A stretch of DNA of 64,000 bases from Nymphaea colorata (lineage: Eukaryota), in NCBI RefSeq assembly GCF_008831285.2, contig NC_045138.2, positions 27,590,001-27,654,000 on the forward strand, written 5' to 3'. The stretch's first letter is position 1. Each line of letters opens with the position of its first letter. Below the pieces are notes generated by a model, which made no database searches, was not told the origin of the DNA, and was given only the letters and a program-made list of their open reading frames with translations. Made by a program: the position numbers and the translations under genes. This document shows positions 1 through 14,600 of the stretch, in pieces.

Positions 1-3000
1 TGACATAAGTTCAGCTGCTCATGTTGAGGTAATGTTCAATTCCTCTGGTATCCTGTAGGTTGGGTGCTTAAATATAGTGTGTGTGTCTGTTTGTGTATGT
101 ATTACTATACTTTATGTGCTACAGGTTTTGTTTATGAAATGTAATATCATGAATATGTCATTTTTAGTGGTTAGTTCATTGTGGACTAGTGGGATTTGTT
201 TGTTAAGTGCGCAGTAGGATATGTTCTCACTGAAGTCATATAGTTAAAGTTCACAATGCTCATGCTTTATCTATATATTTCATCTCTCTTCTTGTTTGTT
301 AACAGAAATTTTAGTCTGTTAGGAGTTGGCAGTTTGTTTCATATACTTAGCATTCTTGACATGCTCATCAATGGCATGCGACTGTTTCTTCCAACAATAA
401 GTAGAAGTAGATATAGTTCATACGGAAACTCCAAATAGAAAAATTGCACTTTCATGTTTATGAAGTTGTTACTGCAACTTCTATTGATGTTATGTGGTAG
501 TACTAGGATGCTTGGGTGCAACAGATTAGTAGATATACTCCATTCTCTTGTTTGTAAAGCTCTTACAACTATATAAATTTAGTTTTATGTTATGTCATGA
601 TCTATGCTGTTAAAACTTAAAACTGCTCAGTGCAGCCTAGGCTGTCAGCTGGGCCTAGAGGCTAGGTGGGATTAGTTGGGACTAGGTATGGTAAAGTGTC
701 CCCTCTTAAAATGAAATATCAATATTTGAAATTAACAATAAAACTGAAACATTTCACAATAAAAGACTTGTGATTTTTCAATTTATCAAGCAACTAATAT
801 CCATGTGATGCACACAAAGATTCCGTAGCATGACAATAAACATGTATAAAAGTTTGACTATTGAAAATGTAATAAGGTTGAGCAATGAAAGTTAAAAGGT
901 TGCATAGCAGTAAGGAGAGCAGGTCATCTAGGAACACCCAGCTAAGGCTGGAGGGCCTAGGCATGTTCTTAGCAACAAAGGTTAGCATGAGGACATTTTG
1001 GGTTCAGAAGTTTATGCTTTCAGTTATGAAAAACCATGAATTCCTTTTACATATGTGTGTGTTTGTGTTTTAGAGAGAGAGAGAGCATGTTAAAATCATT
1101 AAAGCCCCTTCGGTGGATAACCAAGCTTTTTGAATTTTTATTGCCATAAAAATGTGGTGAATTTGTTAAACGTCTGGTACATACTTGTTGACCTTTAGTC
1201 CTTATGAACACCCCTTTATTATTTGTTTGGCTTTAATTTTGCTAAAATACTCATTAGCAGGATTTTTAATTTAGCAAACAGGTACCACCATTAGGGTGAC
1301 CAAGGCTGCTGCATGCTCCTATAAGATTAAGTTGGACTTATTGGTCAAAGAAATAATAATCTGTAAACGGCACATTCTTTTATCTAGAATTTTGTATTTT
1401 TGCTTTTCTTTATACAGTTTTGTATCTGTATCTACACATTAGTTATGAAATGAAGTTCTATGCCTCTTGAGATTCATAAAATTGTCTTTGTCTTCAATTC
1501 TTGTACTAATGAAGGCATTGTGTCACATTTTCACCCTTCTCTTATTCAGGTAATGCAGAGGACCAAAGTTGGAATGAAAGAATATCAGCTAGAAAGCATA
1601 TTTTTACATTATGTCTACATGTATGGTGGTTGCAGGCATTGCTCATATACTTGTATCTGTGCCACAGGTGAAAATAGGTTGGGTACTTGGACTTTTCCCA
1701 AGTCTCATACATGCTGAGTCTCTATTTGAAGCAAATAAATGCAGAATGAATATCTGATTCTGCTCTTGAATATAGTGTGTGAGGATGTTATTATCTGTAG
1801 ATTGATAACTTCCCTTCATAATTATCTTGCTGGATTTTGGTTATCATAAACAGCACTAGGCCTTGGCTGCAAGAAGCATGCCTCTACATTTTTACTATAA
1901 TTGGCAAAGTTCCTATGGTGCTAATATTCTCCTTCGTTTAGTTAGTTTTCTGTCATGTTTTCATTTATTCTAAAGGTCTTTTTTCTTTCAGTGCTGTTCT
2001 TCACTATGGCCATGCTGCTGCTCCAAATGATAGGGTATGGTTTCAATCCTTAGTCTTTCTTCTGGTTGTCGTTAGAGAAAGTTTCCTTGTTATTTAAAAT
2101 GTAATTCTTCATTTTCTTCAAAGACCTGTTTAAGTCTTGGCAGCTTGGCTATGTTCATGAACATGATTATTCTCTTTACAGTTATTGATTCTTTGTCTTG
2201 TGTTGAATATGTTTCTTATGAAATAATGCTTGTTTTATATGGCTAATCATGTCTCAGGATTTTGTTTGGTTTTTTAGGGAAAAAAGCACTTAATAGTTTT
2301 GGAAGAATGATGATTTAAGATGAGGATCAGAACCAAAAAGAGATTTTGAATTAGTAAAGTTGGTTATTGGGTGAAACGGTCACTTTTTACCCTAGTTTTC
2401 CATTTAACTTCCCTGGCCTGAGTAAATCATGCCCACTTGCTATGGTTTTCTCCTATGGTGGTCTGCATCTCAAGGGCAACATGTTTTAAAAGCTTGGAGT
2501 AAGTTCATCCTATAAATCTTGAAGGCCAAATGAATAGGTGGAAGTTTTCCCTACTGTTTGTAAAGCCTAGCATGTCATATATAGGACTAGGAGACTAAGA
2601 TTTAGGCTAAACTAGTCTAATCACGCTTATTGTTGTGTCCAAACTGGATAAATCCTTGCGAACCTACGTAAAAGAGGTGCATTAACCCTGTCAAGCTATG
2701 CGGCACGGAAATGGATACGGATATAGATAAAGGGCATAAGGAAAGGAAATCTCTGAAAAAAAACGTACTGGTATGACCTACTCCCTCTGTCTCTTTATTT
2801 CTATATATATTTGATGGTTGTGGGTACAACCATGAAATTGAATACGTCCTATAGGTGTGGGTATGGATATTAGTCTACTAGATATGCCTGCCATTTTTTT
2901 TTTGGTTCAAAATTTGTATTTTGAACAGAAAAGGGGAACAAGTGAGGGATATGCATATAGAAACACAAATTATTTACAATTGTACTAAATTGTACAAAAA

Positions 3001-6000
3001 TGTCCATAATGATTTATGTCCTTTTAGGCATGCGTGTGTTAGTTAGACCCTTGTCAATTGATGCCAAGAGTCACACCTCAGGTGTTGAACTCTTAACCTC
3101 CTTTAACTTGAAGAGTCTCAACTCTCAAGTCCTACCATTTAGCCAGGTGGATGGGGCTCGTGGTGGTATTACCTTTTATGAAGTTGCAGATGTCAATTGC
3201 AACCAAAAATTCTAAATTATGTCTAAATCTAGTACACATTGCAAGGCAACGAGAGATGCCACCTGCTTTTTCTGTTCATTCTTTTCCAGAGTGGAGCACT
3301 CAATTGTTCTTCTCTTTTTTATGGACAGGGCAGCCTAACACTGACTTAATGGGTACTATTATTACTGAGATCACTCTAAGTTGATAATCTTGTGGCTATG
3401 GAGAACAAATCCAATCAGATGGTTAGTTTTATTGCACAATCTTTCTGACTGGGTGAAAGATGGAAAAAAGTCAGTCATGCACAACCACTAATGACCTCAA
3501 AAAGTAAAGGATTAGCACTCCTTTTTAGAAGATTCAGTTCTATACATGCACGTGGAAGGTAAAAAAAAAAAAATCTTTCTTTTCTCACTTAGGAACCATA
3601 TGAGATGAAAGTCTCATGCTTGATTTTGAATGAGGCTGTTGTCCCTAACCATTATTAATTAAATCTAGATTGTATCATAAATGGATTAAATGTGTTAATT
3701 TAGATCAGAAACCCAGATGACCCATACTCAGAAGTCCCCAAGTGCAAAAGCAGGGGCAAAGTTGCTTTTGAACAGCTAAGCATCCTGTGTTGAATTGTAG
3801 CCCAATTGATTTGCCTCATCATAAACATGCTAGGCTTGAATCTACTCTACATAATGTCCAGTTTTCTTTTTCTTTCTTGATATTCCTTTAAGCACACCCC
3901 CCCCCCCCCCACCCCCCTTTCACCTACTTGCTCTTACCTATCCTGGTACGTGTCCCCCACATGCCATCTTTTTTATCGCTTCCCCATCCAGTTAATGGTG
4001 GTGGTGAGCCCTCATTTTTCTCTTTCATATCACAGTTCTTGAATACTCTCCAGCTTGTTATGTCATTTTGGGTAAACAAGTATAATCTCCAAAATGAAGC
4101 TCATAATAAATTTCTGTCAGCTGGCAATAAGAGCCATGCATGGTGACTACAGTCTCCTTGTGGCCAATCTTTTTTCCTCGCTATCTCTCCCATAGCAATT
4201 AGCTTATTTGTTCGTCTTTCTGAGGATTACCATGTGAACCACATCCATCTCCTCCAATCATCTAAAAGAAATATAAGTTGTGAATTTTCCATAATGGACC
4301 CTCATTATGTGGCCTCCCTGAACCTTTCATCGTCAGTAATCACTATGATCACTATGCATTTTCTCCTCTTCTAAATTGTTGGATCCTTATGGCTACTATG
4401 ATGGATTTTGTTGGAGAGATTTGCTACACTGTAATCATCTCTAAGGAACTTAGAGATTTCTTCATCTTTTCATGCCTTCTCAACTATTTGTCATGGTGTT
4501 GCTTTTTCATTAAACTCTGCCAGGTTCATTAAACTCTGCCATTTAAATGATTTGATGATATATTTAAATTTGCCAAAATTTGAAGAAATTCACATAAGTT
4601 GGCAATAATTTGGTGAAAAAGAGCGTCTTATATCTTCTTGGTGATACTGCCATTTCCGACCATCCATTCTTCCTTTTCAGGAAAGTAGGGTTTTTCAGCA
4701 GTTTTGTGAACAATTGCCACTTGTCATATTGCAGTCTGATTTTCAGTTATTTCACTACATAGAATTGTTATTAGTATTTATTGTGTTTTATAGCTATTAT
4801 AATTATTTTAAGTAAGGAAAATATTTAGTTTGTTTGTTTCACTTAAACATCTGTATCCTTTATAAGTTCTTCTGATCACTTGCATCAATTGGTTGGCTTT
4901 TTCCACAGATGAAGCTGCAGGCTAACTGGCTAGAGTTCATTACCAAGATTTGTTGCATCAATTCTGGCTCTTCCAATGATGCATACCGTAAAAATGATTT
5001 TCTTGAGGTGACCATAGGAGTCGTATTTTGTGTTTGAGTTGCCCATTCTATTTCAGGATTCTTAAAAGATACATACATACGTATATATATATATATTATC
5101 ATAGCTACTAACATATATGGTCACATTATGCTATTAATGTAAATATTGATAAATATTGCTTCTTGTTCATGTAAATATTTTTTTCTCCTTTATGGGGATT
5201 CTTTTTTTTATTTCTATAATATATGTAATGTCCCAGGGGAACTGCAGTCAAAGCTAGTCTAGCTGTTGGGAGTTGGCCGTTGAGCACTTCCAGCAGCTAG
5301 TTATTGGGCCTCTCTTTTCTATAAATAAATGCGCTCTTCTTGTATTAGGAATGCATCCTTGTGTGCATTGTTACGGATATAATAAGATCTCTTTATTATT
5401 TATCTATGTGATTATATCCCTTACTTCTCTTGTGATAGATGGTTTGGGATATCAAGCGAGAAATGGTTTAAAAAATTAAAAGCTTTCTATTTTCGTATTG
5501 TGTATGAGAGGCTTCAATTCTTACATGGTATTAGAGCTTGGGCCGATTTAAGACTGCTTGAAGTATACAATTGGTTCTGCCTTCCAATCCATGCCAAAGA
5601 ACTTTGGCTGACTTAAGAAGGCATAGTGGTGCTGCCTTGGGTTCTATGCCAAAGGTTATGCTTCTCCTTTGTTATGATCTACCTTCACTCCCGTGGTCTC
5701 TCCTTATTCCTTCATCTTGGGAGATAAAAACAACTCAATTGTCTCCTACAAACTCAACTCACAAAACTATGTATGTGAGCTTTGACTATGAAGTATCACA
5801 TTTGAGTGATGGCTTCAAAGAGAAGCCTTCTCTTGAACTTGCTAAGAAAGTGGGACAAAACATCAAAGGGCTTGGATGGAGATAAGAGAATGAAAGCCTT
5901 GGAGGATTGTGAGAATAGCTTGAAAATTGACATAAAAAGCATTCAAGGTAATATCTTGAAATCTCAATAGTGTAGAGCTGAGTATGAGAGCATCTTCGAA

Positions 6001-6425
6001 AAATGAATTCAAGAAAAAATATTGTGTACCAATATCATTTGGAAGATATCATTTGGAAGAAAGCATTCATGGTGCCAAGCCAAGTGACTTTTTGTGTTCC
6101 ATCACCAAGTTGTCAGATGAAATGTCATTCTTAGAACTCAGGTTGGGATGTATCCAAGTCTCCAAGATTTTGAAATTAGACAAACATCAAATTGAGGAGC
6201 AATAGTTTTTCCAGTTTCTCAATGGTTCGAGGGACCTTATATCACAGAGACACCCCTAGGAGGGCATTGTACCCTTCTCGAGATGGCTGAACAGGTCGTG
6301 GAAATGGGACACGGCTTGGTCATGGCTGGCTCATTTGTATCTTTTGTATATTTTGGTATTTTATAAATATAAGCAATGAATGGATGTATTTGTTTGCTTA
6401 AAATCTTATTGTTGCTCCCTGTTGC

Positions 6426-6458
<33 letters not shown>

Positions 6459-9400
6459 GTAAATATATATGTATATATAGTTGTGTTCCTACACCCAAGG
6501 TTTTTGAAAAATGTTTCGCACTGGTGTCTGCACCCACATGACATAAGCTAAGGCTAGAATTTGAGCAAGCTAGGTCTGACTTGCTCCAGCAGCCAAACTT
6601 CCCTCTATAGAAGAAGCCTTATCCAAGTTGCTTATAGAAGAAACAAGACTTAAGGAACTCTCATATAAAGGCATAGATTCCATCATGGCTGTATCCATGC
6701 CTGGAAGTAATGTTAGACCATATACACCACCTCAAGTGTCAATATTTCAACTCAAGAAAGATATATTGTCACGACTGTGGAGAGACCAAACATAGTAATC
6801 CTAAGTTCAAAAAGGATCATCACTGTAGGCAGTAATGCGAAGACATTGGATCCATGTCTACTACCCAACTTGTCAATGCTCTTAAACTGCTTCTAAAAAG
6901 AGAAGTACCTATAACCATGGTTACAGTAGCTTCCACTCGGAGATCTAGTCTAAATGGATTAGTCCTGCATCAAGATAATAAGATCTTTTTTTATTGATTT
7001 GTGTGATTATATCTCTTATTTGTGATAGAGCGCATTCATAGTGAGATATCAATGAGATAATGTTTTATGGAAGTACTGTACAAGCTATCTATTTTCGTAT
7101 TGGGCATTTGAGACTTCAATTCTTACAAAGGTTAGATTCTATTGCTCCAGGTGTTTTAATCTGTTGTTCTCGTGAGCTACACAGTGAGTGAACTATCAGA
7201 AAATTTTCCCTTATTTAGTGAATGCTTTTTGTCTTCTTACCTAATTCTGATGTCCTTCTTTGTGGCCTCCAGCCAGTAGACATGGGGCACAATCGTGCTC
7301 GAGTGCAGTCTAATCACTTGCACTGAAGTAACCTTGTTCAGTATTTTGCCTACCATGCTACGGAGTTCTATATTTTGATAGATTTATGTGCCAGAAGATC
7401 AGATGTTTAACCTAAGCTTGTATTGTGTATTTTCCTGCTTTGGTTGTATGCTTGCAAAATCCATCTCTTTTACATCTGATGAACTTTTGTGTTGTATATA
7501 GAACAGTTCTTCTTTAGAAGAAATGCTTCTCAGGTTTTGTATCTTAATATTTTCTTCTGGTTGCAGATCTTGAATGACGGAGACATGGCATTGTTTGACA
7601 TGGGAGCAGAATACCACTTCTATGGTTCGGATATAACATGTTCTTTCCCTGTGAGTGAATTCTCTGGGAGATACAAAGCAACTGCAAAGCTAATTAAATG
7701 CCATAAAATCATCTTCCCTGTATTACCAAAACTATAGTGGATTCCAGTAAAACTTGAATGTTGTTTGTTCGCATATAAGAAAAGCACAAGCTGTCTTCAT
7801 CGTCTTCTTTTGTTTCATATTACTAATTTGTTTGCATTTGTGCTGTACTGATTGTCCTGTTGGTTGCTGCTTATAAGCCAGTTTCCTTCTTGTCTGATGC
7901 AGGTTAATGGTAAATTTACTGCAGACCAGCGCCTTGTGTATGATGTAAGTGCACTGAGAATGCCAATTTCGGACTAGTAAAGTTCTTTTTGTTAGGACTG
8001 TGATGGACCAAGCAAAATAAATATGTCCATTTGCATTCTGAATTTTATTGTCCTAGTACATTTAAAAGAAAAAAGACTTAGTGTATAATCTCTCTCTCTC
8101 TCTCTCTCTTTTATTGAGATTATTAAACTCCTTAATGCTGTCTACTCATCCATAAATCAATATGAACCTTTTTAGGCTGTTCTGAAGGCTCATAATCTTG
8201 TTATATCTACAATGAGACCCGGAGTAAGCTGGACAGAGATGCACAAGTGAGTTCACGCAACTTGGTAATTCCAAGTAACTAAGAGTTCATCCATGCTATT
8301 TTATATTGTTGAACAAGAGACAAAACACTCTAAATTGAATCAAATGATGAATGTAAGGTTTAATCACCAAATTAAGACAAACGTCTGAAAGGGAGTCACT
8401 GGTTCTTTTTTTTTGTTCCTTTCATCATACTGATTTGCATCTAATTTCCTGCCATATTTTTAGTTCGTGGCTTCTTTTTTCTGATGATATAATTGTATTC
8501 CTGTAGTGGTAGTTTGAGCGTATCAGGATTGTGAAAAATACTGATTTTTTTTTTAGGCTAGCTGAGAAAACTATTTTGGACTCCCTGAGAACAGGAGGCA
8601 TCCTTATTGGGTAAGCTTGTGCAATTTGTATGTATTTCATACTTTCCTTTCTAGAAATAGTATCTGAAATATCATGCCTCACAGTATTTTATTGAATATG
8701 GATCATGAAGTGATGTTGATGAAATGATGGAAGCAAGACTTGGTGCTGTTTTCATGCCACACGGACTGGGACATTTTCTGGGGATTGATACTCATGATCC
8801 TGGTGGCTATGGGAAGGTATTCTCTCTGTTTCCCCCTCACACACTCATAGTATCAGGATTTATGCTTTCAAAAATGTTGGGAGTTAGTTTAAAAATTGCC
8901 CATTTAGCTGGCATCTGAGATCTATTGATAGCAAGAGTTGATATATTTTATGTTTGTTGACAGTTAGTTTTAGATATCATCTTCTTCCTAGTCAGCATCA
9001 GGGTACTGTAGCTTGGTGCTATTCACTTTCATCCATTTAAATGCACCATTATAAAATTTTATGGTTATGTTTTCCTTTATTTTTGTAGGGCATGGACAGG
9101 CCAACAGAACCAGGACTGAAGTCCCTTCGGACGGTGCGGGTGCTTCAAGAGGACATGGTGTGCATTTCTCTTCAGAACCCTGTCATACTTCTGCTTCCTA
9201 GGATTTTTCTTTTCATGTTTTTTGTTTTTTTGTACTAGTGATTCACTTGAGTAATCTGTATCAGAACTAAGCGTGAAGCTGTTGCTTGGCTAGGTCCCCT
9301 TGAATTGTGCTTGAGTTATCCATGTCATTCTGGTTATTTACTATGAAGTTATGAACACTTTACTTAGAAAAAAGTAAACAAAATAGCCGATGTCATAGGT

Positions 9401-11094
9401 ATTTTAAATTTCACACACATATAAGGGAAGTTATATGGTTATGTTTATGCTGTGGCACCCAAAACTCTTTCAACTTAAGGAAATTAGCTCTCATCTTGTC
9501 CTTTTTTTAGTGTAAAACTACATATATGATGTTCTTTTATGTTTGTAGTAACAAATTGTTAGCCGGCGACTAACAAGCGGCGTGAGGGAGAAAGAAGAAG
9601 AGATGAGAGAAAGAGAGAAAAGACAATCAACTTCCAATATGATTAATTAGGGCAAATCTCAATCTTAAGTACAAAGCAACTATGGGTCTGGACCGGACCG
9701 ACACCTACTGAAAACAGAACTGTATTGGAGCAATCTATCATAAAACTTAAAGAACACAACTAAGGAACACAAATACTGATGCTCGACCCCCATGTACTAC
9801 GATCCATACATGGATCGTAACACAAATGAACCAGTAAAAATCAACGTCCCAAAATTTTTGGATTTTGCAAATCCTGGTTTCCTTTTATATCATGTGCCCT
9901 TGCTTTTGACTTTCTTTATGAACCTTCTCAGCCAATCTCTCTCTCTCTCTTTTAATGCATTTGCAACTCAGGTTTGTAAATTCTTGTGCTTCTATCTTTT
10001 GAGGTTATTGGTTGTTTGATGTTACATTTGCTAGTCTGTCTTAGGCAACCATTGTAATGTCTCTTTGTATGTGCCTTGTTTTGTAGCCTCAATGAGAAAC
10101 TATATCGTTCATGTTGCCTTAATGGCTCCAAAAATTTTTCCTGTCCACAGGTAATAACGGTTGAGCCTGGTTGCTACTTTATTGATGCCCTTCTTGTTCC
10201 AGCCCTGGAAGATTCAAATCTGTCAAAGTTCATCAACCATGATGAAATATGCAGATTCAAGAAATTTGGTGGTGTCCGAATTGAAAGCGATGTGGTAAGG
10301 ATGTCCTTTGGTTTTTAGTACTTAAGATTGAAATACAGCATATAATGAGGTGGCCTGGATGTCAGCATCTAATGTTGCCTCAACAAAGTTTAACTGGAAA
10401 ACAGAAAAATGTGTGTCATAACCAAGATGATGGTGGTTGAGGGTGTCCTTATCAAAGAAACTGTTAACTAGCAATTAAAATTTGTTATTTACTTTTGAGG
10501 GAAAAGACATGCGTGATTATGAAAGAACCGCCCTTAACGGATTGGGTCATTCAGGAAGGTGGTGGAAATCCAACTTTTCTTGGAAATTGTCAGAGATTTG
10601 AAGGTTTGCAGGCTCGGTTTTCTGTATTTTTATCCATGTAACCCTGATCTTCATCTGCATAGCTTTGTGCTTGCAAGTGTTATATTGCTGGTCCTATGGC
10701 CCCTCGTGTGCATCCTAGAAAAGAGGGATAATATCCATAATCTGGAAGAAAGTCCTTTTTTTCCTTCTTTTGATGTCTCAACTCTCCAAGAGCATGTGTA
10801 ATGTATTTGAAGTTTGAACCCAAGCTTAAATCCATAATTCTTATCTCCAAGTAATGTGCCGTGACATGCTTTGATGAATGCAAATTTGCTTGTACTTCTC
10901 GTTTGCCATCAGTCGATGTCATTGCTTGATCTAATAGTTGCCGATATTTTATTGTTTGACAGCATGTGACTGCAAATGGATGCCAAAATCTCACTGACTG
11001 TCCACGGGAAGCCTGGGAAATTGAAGCTGTTATGGCGGGGGCACCATGGCCTCTAGATAAGGGTTTGCTTGCTTCTAGCAACCATTCTGCATGA
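1..11094 (+). CDS. PEPD: Xaa-Pro dipeptidase (prolidase, peptidase M24B), 5'-truncated by the window edge; 11 exons visible
   Basis: Exons <1-28, 1550-1677, 1992-2034, 7567-7650, 7903-7944, 8176-8246, 8557-8610, 8711-8816, 9089-9157, 10151-10294, 10963-11094. All introns are GT-AG and the frame is continuous. Peptides include [61 protein letters not shown] and GGVRIESDV, which carry the M24 metal ligands (D,D,H,E,E). Stop TGA at 11092-11094. Confidence 0.95.
5138..7127 (+). mobile_element. Decayed Ty1/Copia-derived, gag-only LTR element in prolidase intron 3
   Basis: A ~150-bp imperfect direct repeat (5379-5525 and 6975-7127), both copies ending CTTCAATTCTTACA. The first is followed by TGGTATTAGAGC (5526-5537, one mismatch from the tRNA-iMet PBS TGGTATCAGAGC). 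The interior has a Copia gag N-terminus-like remnant [24 protein letters not shown] (5699-5770) and a partial zinc knuckle CHDCGETKH (6767-6793). The 5' boundary (TGTAA at 5138) is tentative and no TSD was found. Confidence 0.7.
9557..9822. mobile_element. Solo LTR (266 bp) in prolidase intron 9
   Basis: Starts TGTTA and ends TAACA (TG..CA, 5-bp inverted termini), flanked by an exact 5-bp TSD CAAAT (9552-9556 and 9823-9827). Confidence 0.8.
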
Positions 11095-11559
11095 ATTCAC
11101 CAGTTAAGAAGCTACTTGTTGAATGATTAAATATTTAGTTTAATATTGTCTAAGGAAGTGATGTTTCTTCGGGCATGCGGTAGAAATGATTTAGTGTTTC
11201 TGGGTATACTGGCCAGCAAGATTCTTCCATTTCCCTTATCGCCTTTACTTTTATTTGCATGATTTAAAAGGTCCTAACAAGCAGCCTCTGTTTTACAGGC
11301 TTCAACGAAGGCTGCTGGTAGGCGAACTGTGTTGATGGGCCATGCATCTCGAAAGTTGCTATGATGTGTTGCTCGCCTTTGCAATTGTCCCTTCACGATT
11401 CCTCTAATTTTACTATTTGGTTGGGTAGAATAAGCTTGTTATAGAACAGTTCGGTAAATTTTGCATCGTTTTAGGTGAGGAACCGAGTGCTTACACTAGG
11501 TCTGCCTAGAGCCGCTCGTCTATCACTAACCAGTCAATAAAAGTATGCTCAAGAAAAAA

Positions 11560-11583
11560 CTCTCTCTCTCTCTCTCTCTCTCG

Positions 11584-11619
<36 letters not shown>
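11560..11619. repeat. (CT)n microsatellite, interrupted
   Basis: Directly visible CT dinucleotide run downstream of the prolidase stop. Confidence 0.9.
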
Positions 11620-11624
<5 letters not shown>

Positions 11625-14600
11625 ATGCAAGATTCAGACATAGTCATATTTAGGAGGATCAGATGAGTGCTGATTCTCCATTGATTCATTTATCAAGGTC
11701 GACGGAAACCAAACACCATCTATGCTCTATCTTTTCACTGAGCAAAGTTGTTTCTATTGAAGTTGAAGAACTGAGTGTGGTGCCCGTCTCTACGCTTTTT
11801 TGTTGGTGGTGGCCTATTAGTCTTATTAACTAATCAAACTTGGATTAAAGGATGAGGCTGCAAATTAGTTGCAGGATTTTGTGGCAATCTCTTCCATTTT
11901 TTAATGTGTTTTCTTCAAAATTTTACCCATACGAATGGAGATTGTAAAAAATGCATTTTTAGACAGTATGATTTGAATACGTGGATAAGATCTGATAAAC
12001 TATCAAACTTTAGAATTTTACATACTCGGATATTTCGTCCTCATAGAATCCTATTCTTACGTGCAAACAAAATAAAAGGAACGGGTTTTAGGTTGGGAAC
12101 TACGGGATCACATCAACATAGCTGGATTGCGAAAAAGTGAATTTCTAGGTTGTGGACCCTAGATGTCCCGCCAATGTCGTTAGAATTTTGAAACAAGAAC
12201 ACTTGCAAAAGATTTTGTTTTTTGCTTTCATTTCTAGTACAATCATAGTGTAACATGTTTGTTTGGAGGGTTGTAGTGTAGCTAGTTAAACTGGTGGACC
12301 AGTTAAAGCTCAGTCATCAGTTCAATTTTTATGTACTACTCATCTATATTGTAAATGGTGGATACATGGTATTTTAGTTGATGGGTGTATCACTTCTCAC
12401 CCAGGTATGGAGAAAGAGAGAGGGGTTTTGATCTCTTGGAATATACTGCATCATGTTCTCCAATTTTATCATCTGTTTTTCATGGTTGCGCACTCTATAC
12501 CGGTTACATCACTACTCTCATACTCTTGAAAGAAATAAGGAAACTTCAGTTATGAAGTAAAGAAAAAAAATGACCCATCATTTGATCATTAGCTGTTAGT
12601 AGATACGTCTATCTGCTTTTCTTCTTTAGATGATCAACCTAACCGCTACGCTTATTCAGTTCACTGAACTCTTGGAGCTCCCTGTCCACTCCGTGACAAA
12701 AAAAAAAAAAAAAAAGAAGTCAGTTTCTGTTGTTTCGAACATGAGTCGCCCACACTTGAAATGTGATGCTTAGCCACACTACCGGCAATCTAAAACCCTG
12801 TGGCTGGTACTTCTGCTTTGAGACATATAACTACTTGAACTTGTGCAGAAGGTGGTAAACATGCGGTTATAATAATGTGGAATATTTAATCCCCCCCATA
12901 AGTTTGACAGCCACCGGGACACAAACTCAAGGAAAAAAAAGTATCTCTTCTTGAAGTGCAACTATGTTTACATAAAACGGAGAACATATAATTTAGCGAT
13001 TGAACGTAATGTCGAAAATTTTAATTGCAGCTCATTTTTTGTATTTCTCACGTTAATGTAAGGTTACTTCAAGCTCTTGTTTGATAAGTTTCATAAGAAC
13101 TGAGGTCTTTTAAAAAAATTACAGAAGGGGGATTTTTTGAATTATAGAAAAACCAAAATGAGAATTTTCCAGAGAAAAACCACCCACTTTTTCAAACATT
13201 TCAAGCTTCTAGCAGTTACCATGAACTGTTTTGTTCACCAAAAAGGTAAGTAGCTATGATATATCTTCATCTGCAAAAATTCTCCACGTGAAAACACAAA
13301 GACAAAGGGCTGATATTTGAATAAAAAAAAGAATTGATCTAGAGGATCCCAAATAAAATGGCTTACTCCAAAAAACCTTTATTCCTTGGAAAATCTATCT
13401 CGTGTTTGGTACTACACGGTTCCAATCAGCAAGAATCATTCTCTTAAGTTTATTGGGTAGACCGACAAGAAAGAGAAGAAAACCATTGCACACTGTAATG
13501 CCAAGAAAACATTTCAAATAAACTTGTCAAAAGTTTGTATGGAAAAAAAAAGAGAGATTTCTTCGTTAAAAAGAATTATTGCTGAAGCGTATGATCACGG
13601 TGAACTTAAGATTTTCGCACAAGTATGTTATGGGTTCTTATATTTTCTCCTCAAAAAGAGCGCATTCAGCTGCTTCGCCCTAGGAAAATGTCTATGAACC
13701 TTTTATCATTAGTGATTAAGCAATAAAAGCTTACATATAGCGGCATGAACACGGCCTTGGGAGTATACTTCCTAGAGAGAGTTTTATTTAGCACTTATAT
13801 TTTGGGTATAGCTTCAAATTTTTCAAAATACAGGAACACTTTACACAAATAAACTGGTTTCGTATTGAATACTTTGGCTGGAGCTAAGAGGGTGGTGCTA
13901 GAGATTGATCTTCATTTCATAGTCGTTAGCAAAACTGAGGCAGACATAAGAAAAGCAGACACACAAAGAAACATATTTATGGCTGGGTCCAAGACGCTAT
14001 TTTCAAAACATAAATTCACCTATTTTAACGTTTAGGCGGAACTCAGAATAGCGCCGTATCTTTCGCTGGTGGGACGTTTAGGCCTTGGATTTCTTTGCTT
14101 GTCACCAAATCCCTGCGGCTTCAGATTTCATTTATAACTTCAAAGTTCAAATCAATCACCGCGGGGCGGTAATTTGTTTCTTCTCGTTGGTGCCCTAAAA
14201 GGGGCGAGGCGGCTCTTATTCTTTCAAGAGCGCGTAAACTCGGGGCCTGTCCTTGAACCACTGCCCCTTCGGCTCTCTGCAAACGGAGAAAAAGTTTGCC
14301 GAATATCTTTCTGCCATCTCTTTATAGCAAGACCAGTCGATAGGAATCCCTAATATTGGCTGCCAAACGATTTATCCTTCTTAGGGAAGTAACCCACTTG
14401 TGAAAAGCCTCCACAAATTTCTCCTGCTAGCGGAAGCAAGCTCTGGTGTAGTGGTGCAACACCCATCTTCAGTACCCGCCAGAAATCGTCTTCTTACTGG
14501 AACAAAAGTACCTTCTGGCCTTCACTCCTATTTGCTTCATGGAACGATACCCATCTCCAATATCCACCTGAAGGCTCTTTTTTTTATCCGAAGAGCTTTC

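Noticed and set aside
3600..4500. Possible decayed retroelement around the poly-C tract in prolidase intron 3
   Set aside because: No termini, TSD or protein motif that I can support.
9648..9660. TAGGGCAAATCTC resembling half of a miR399 target site; similar AGAGGCAAATCCC twice at ~61501-61543
   Set aside because: The seed-pairing CTTTGGCA part is missing; the first is inside an intronic solo LTR and the second is a short local duplication.
10680..11081. 133-aa minus-strand ORF, and similar ORFs at 19907, 24474, 26243, 28537-29209, 54669 and 63117
   Set aside because: Antisense or alternate-frame shadows of real exons with no independent motifs.
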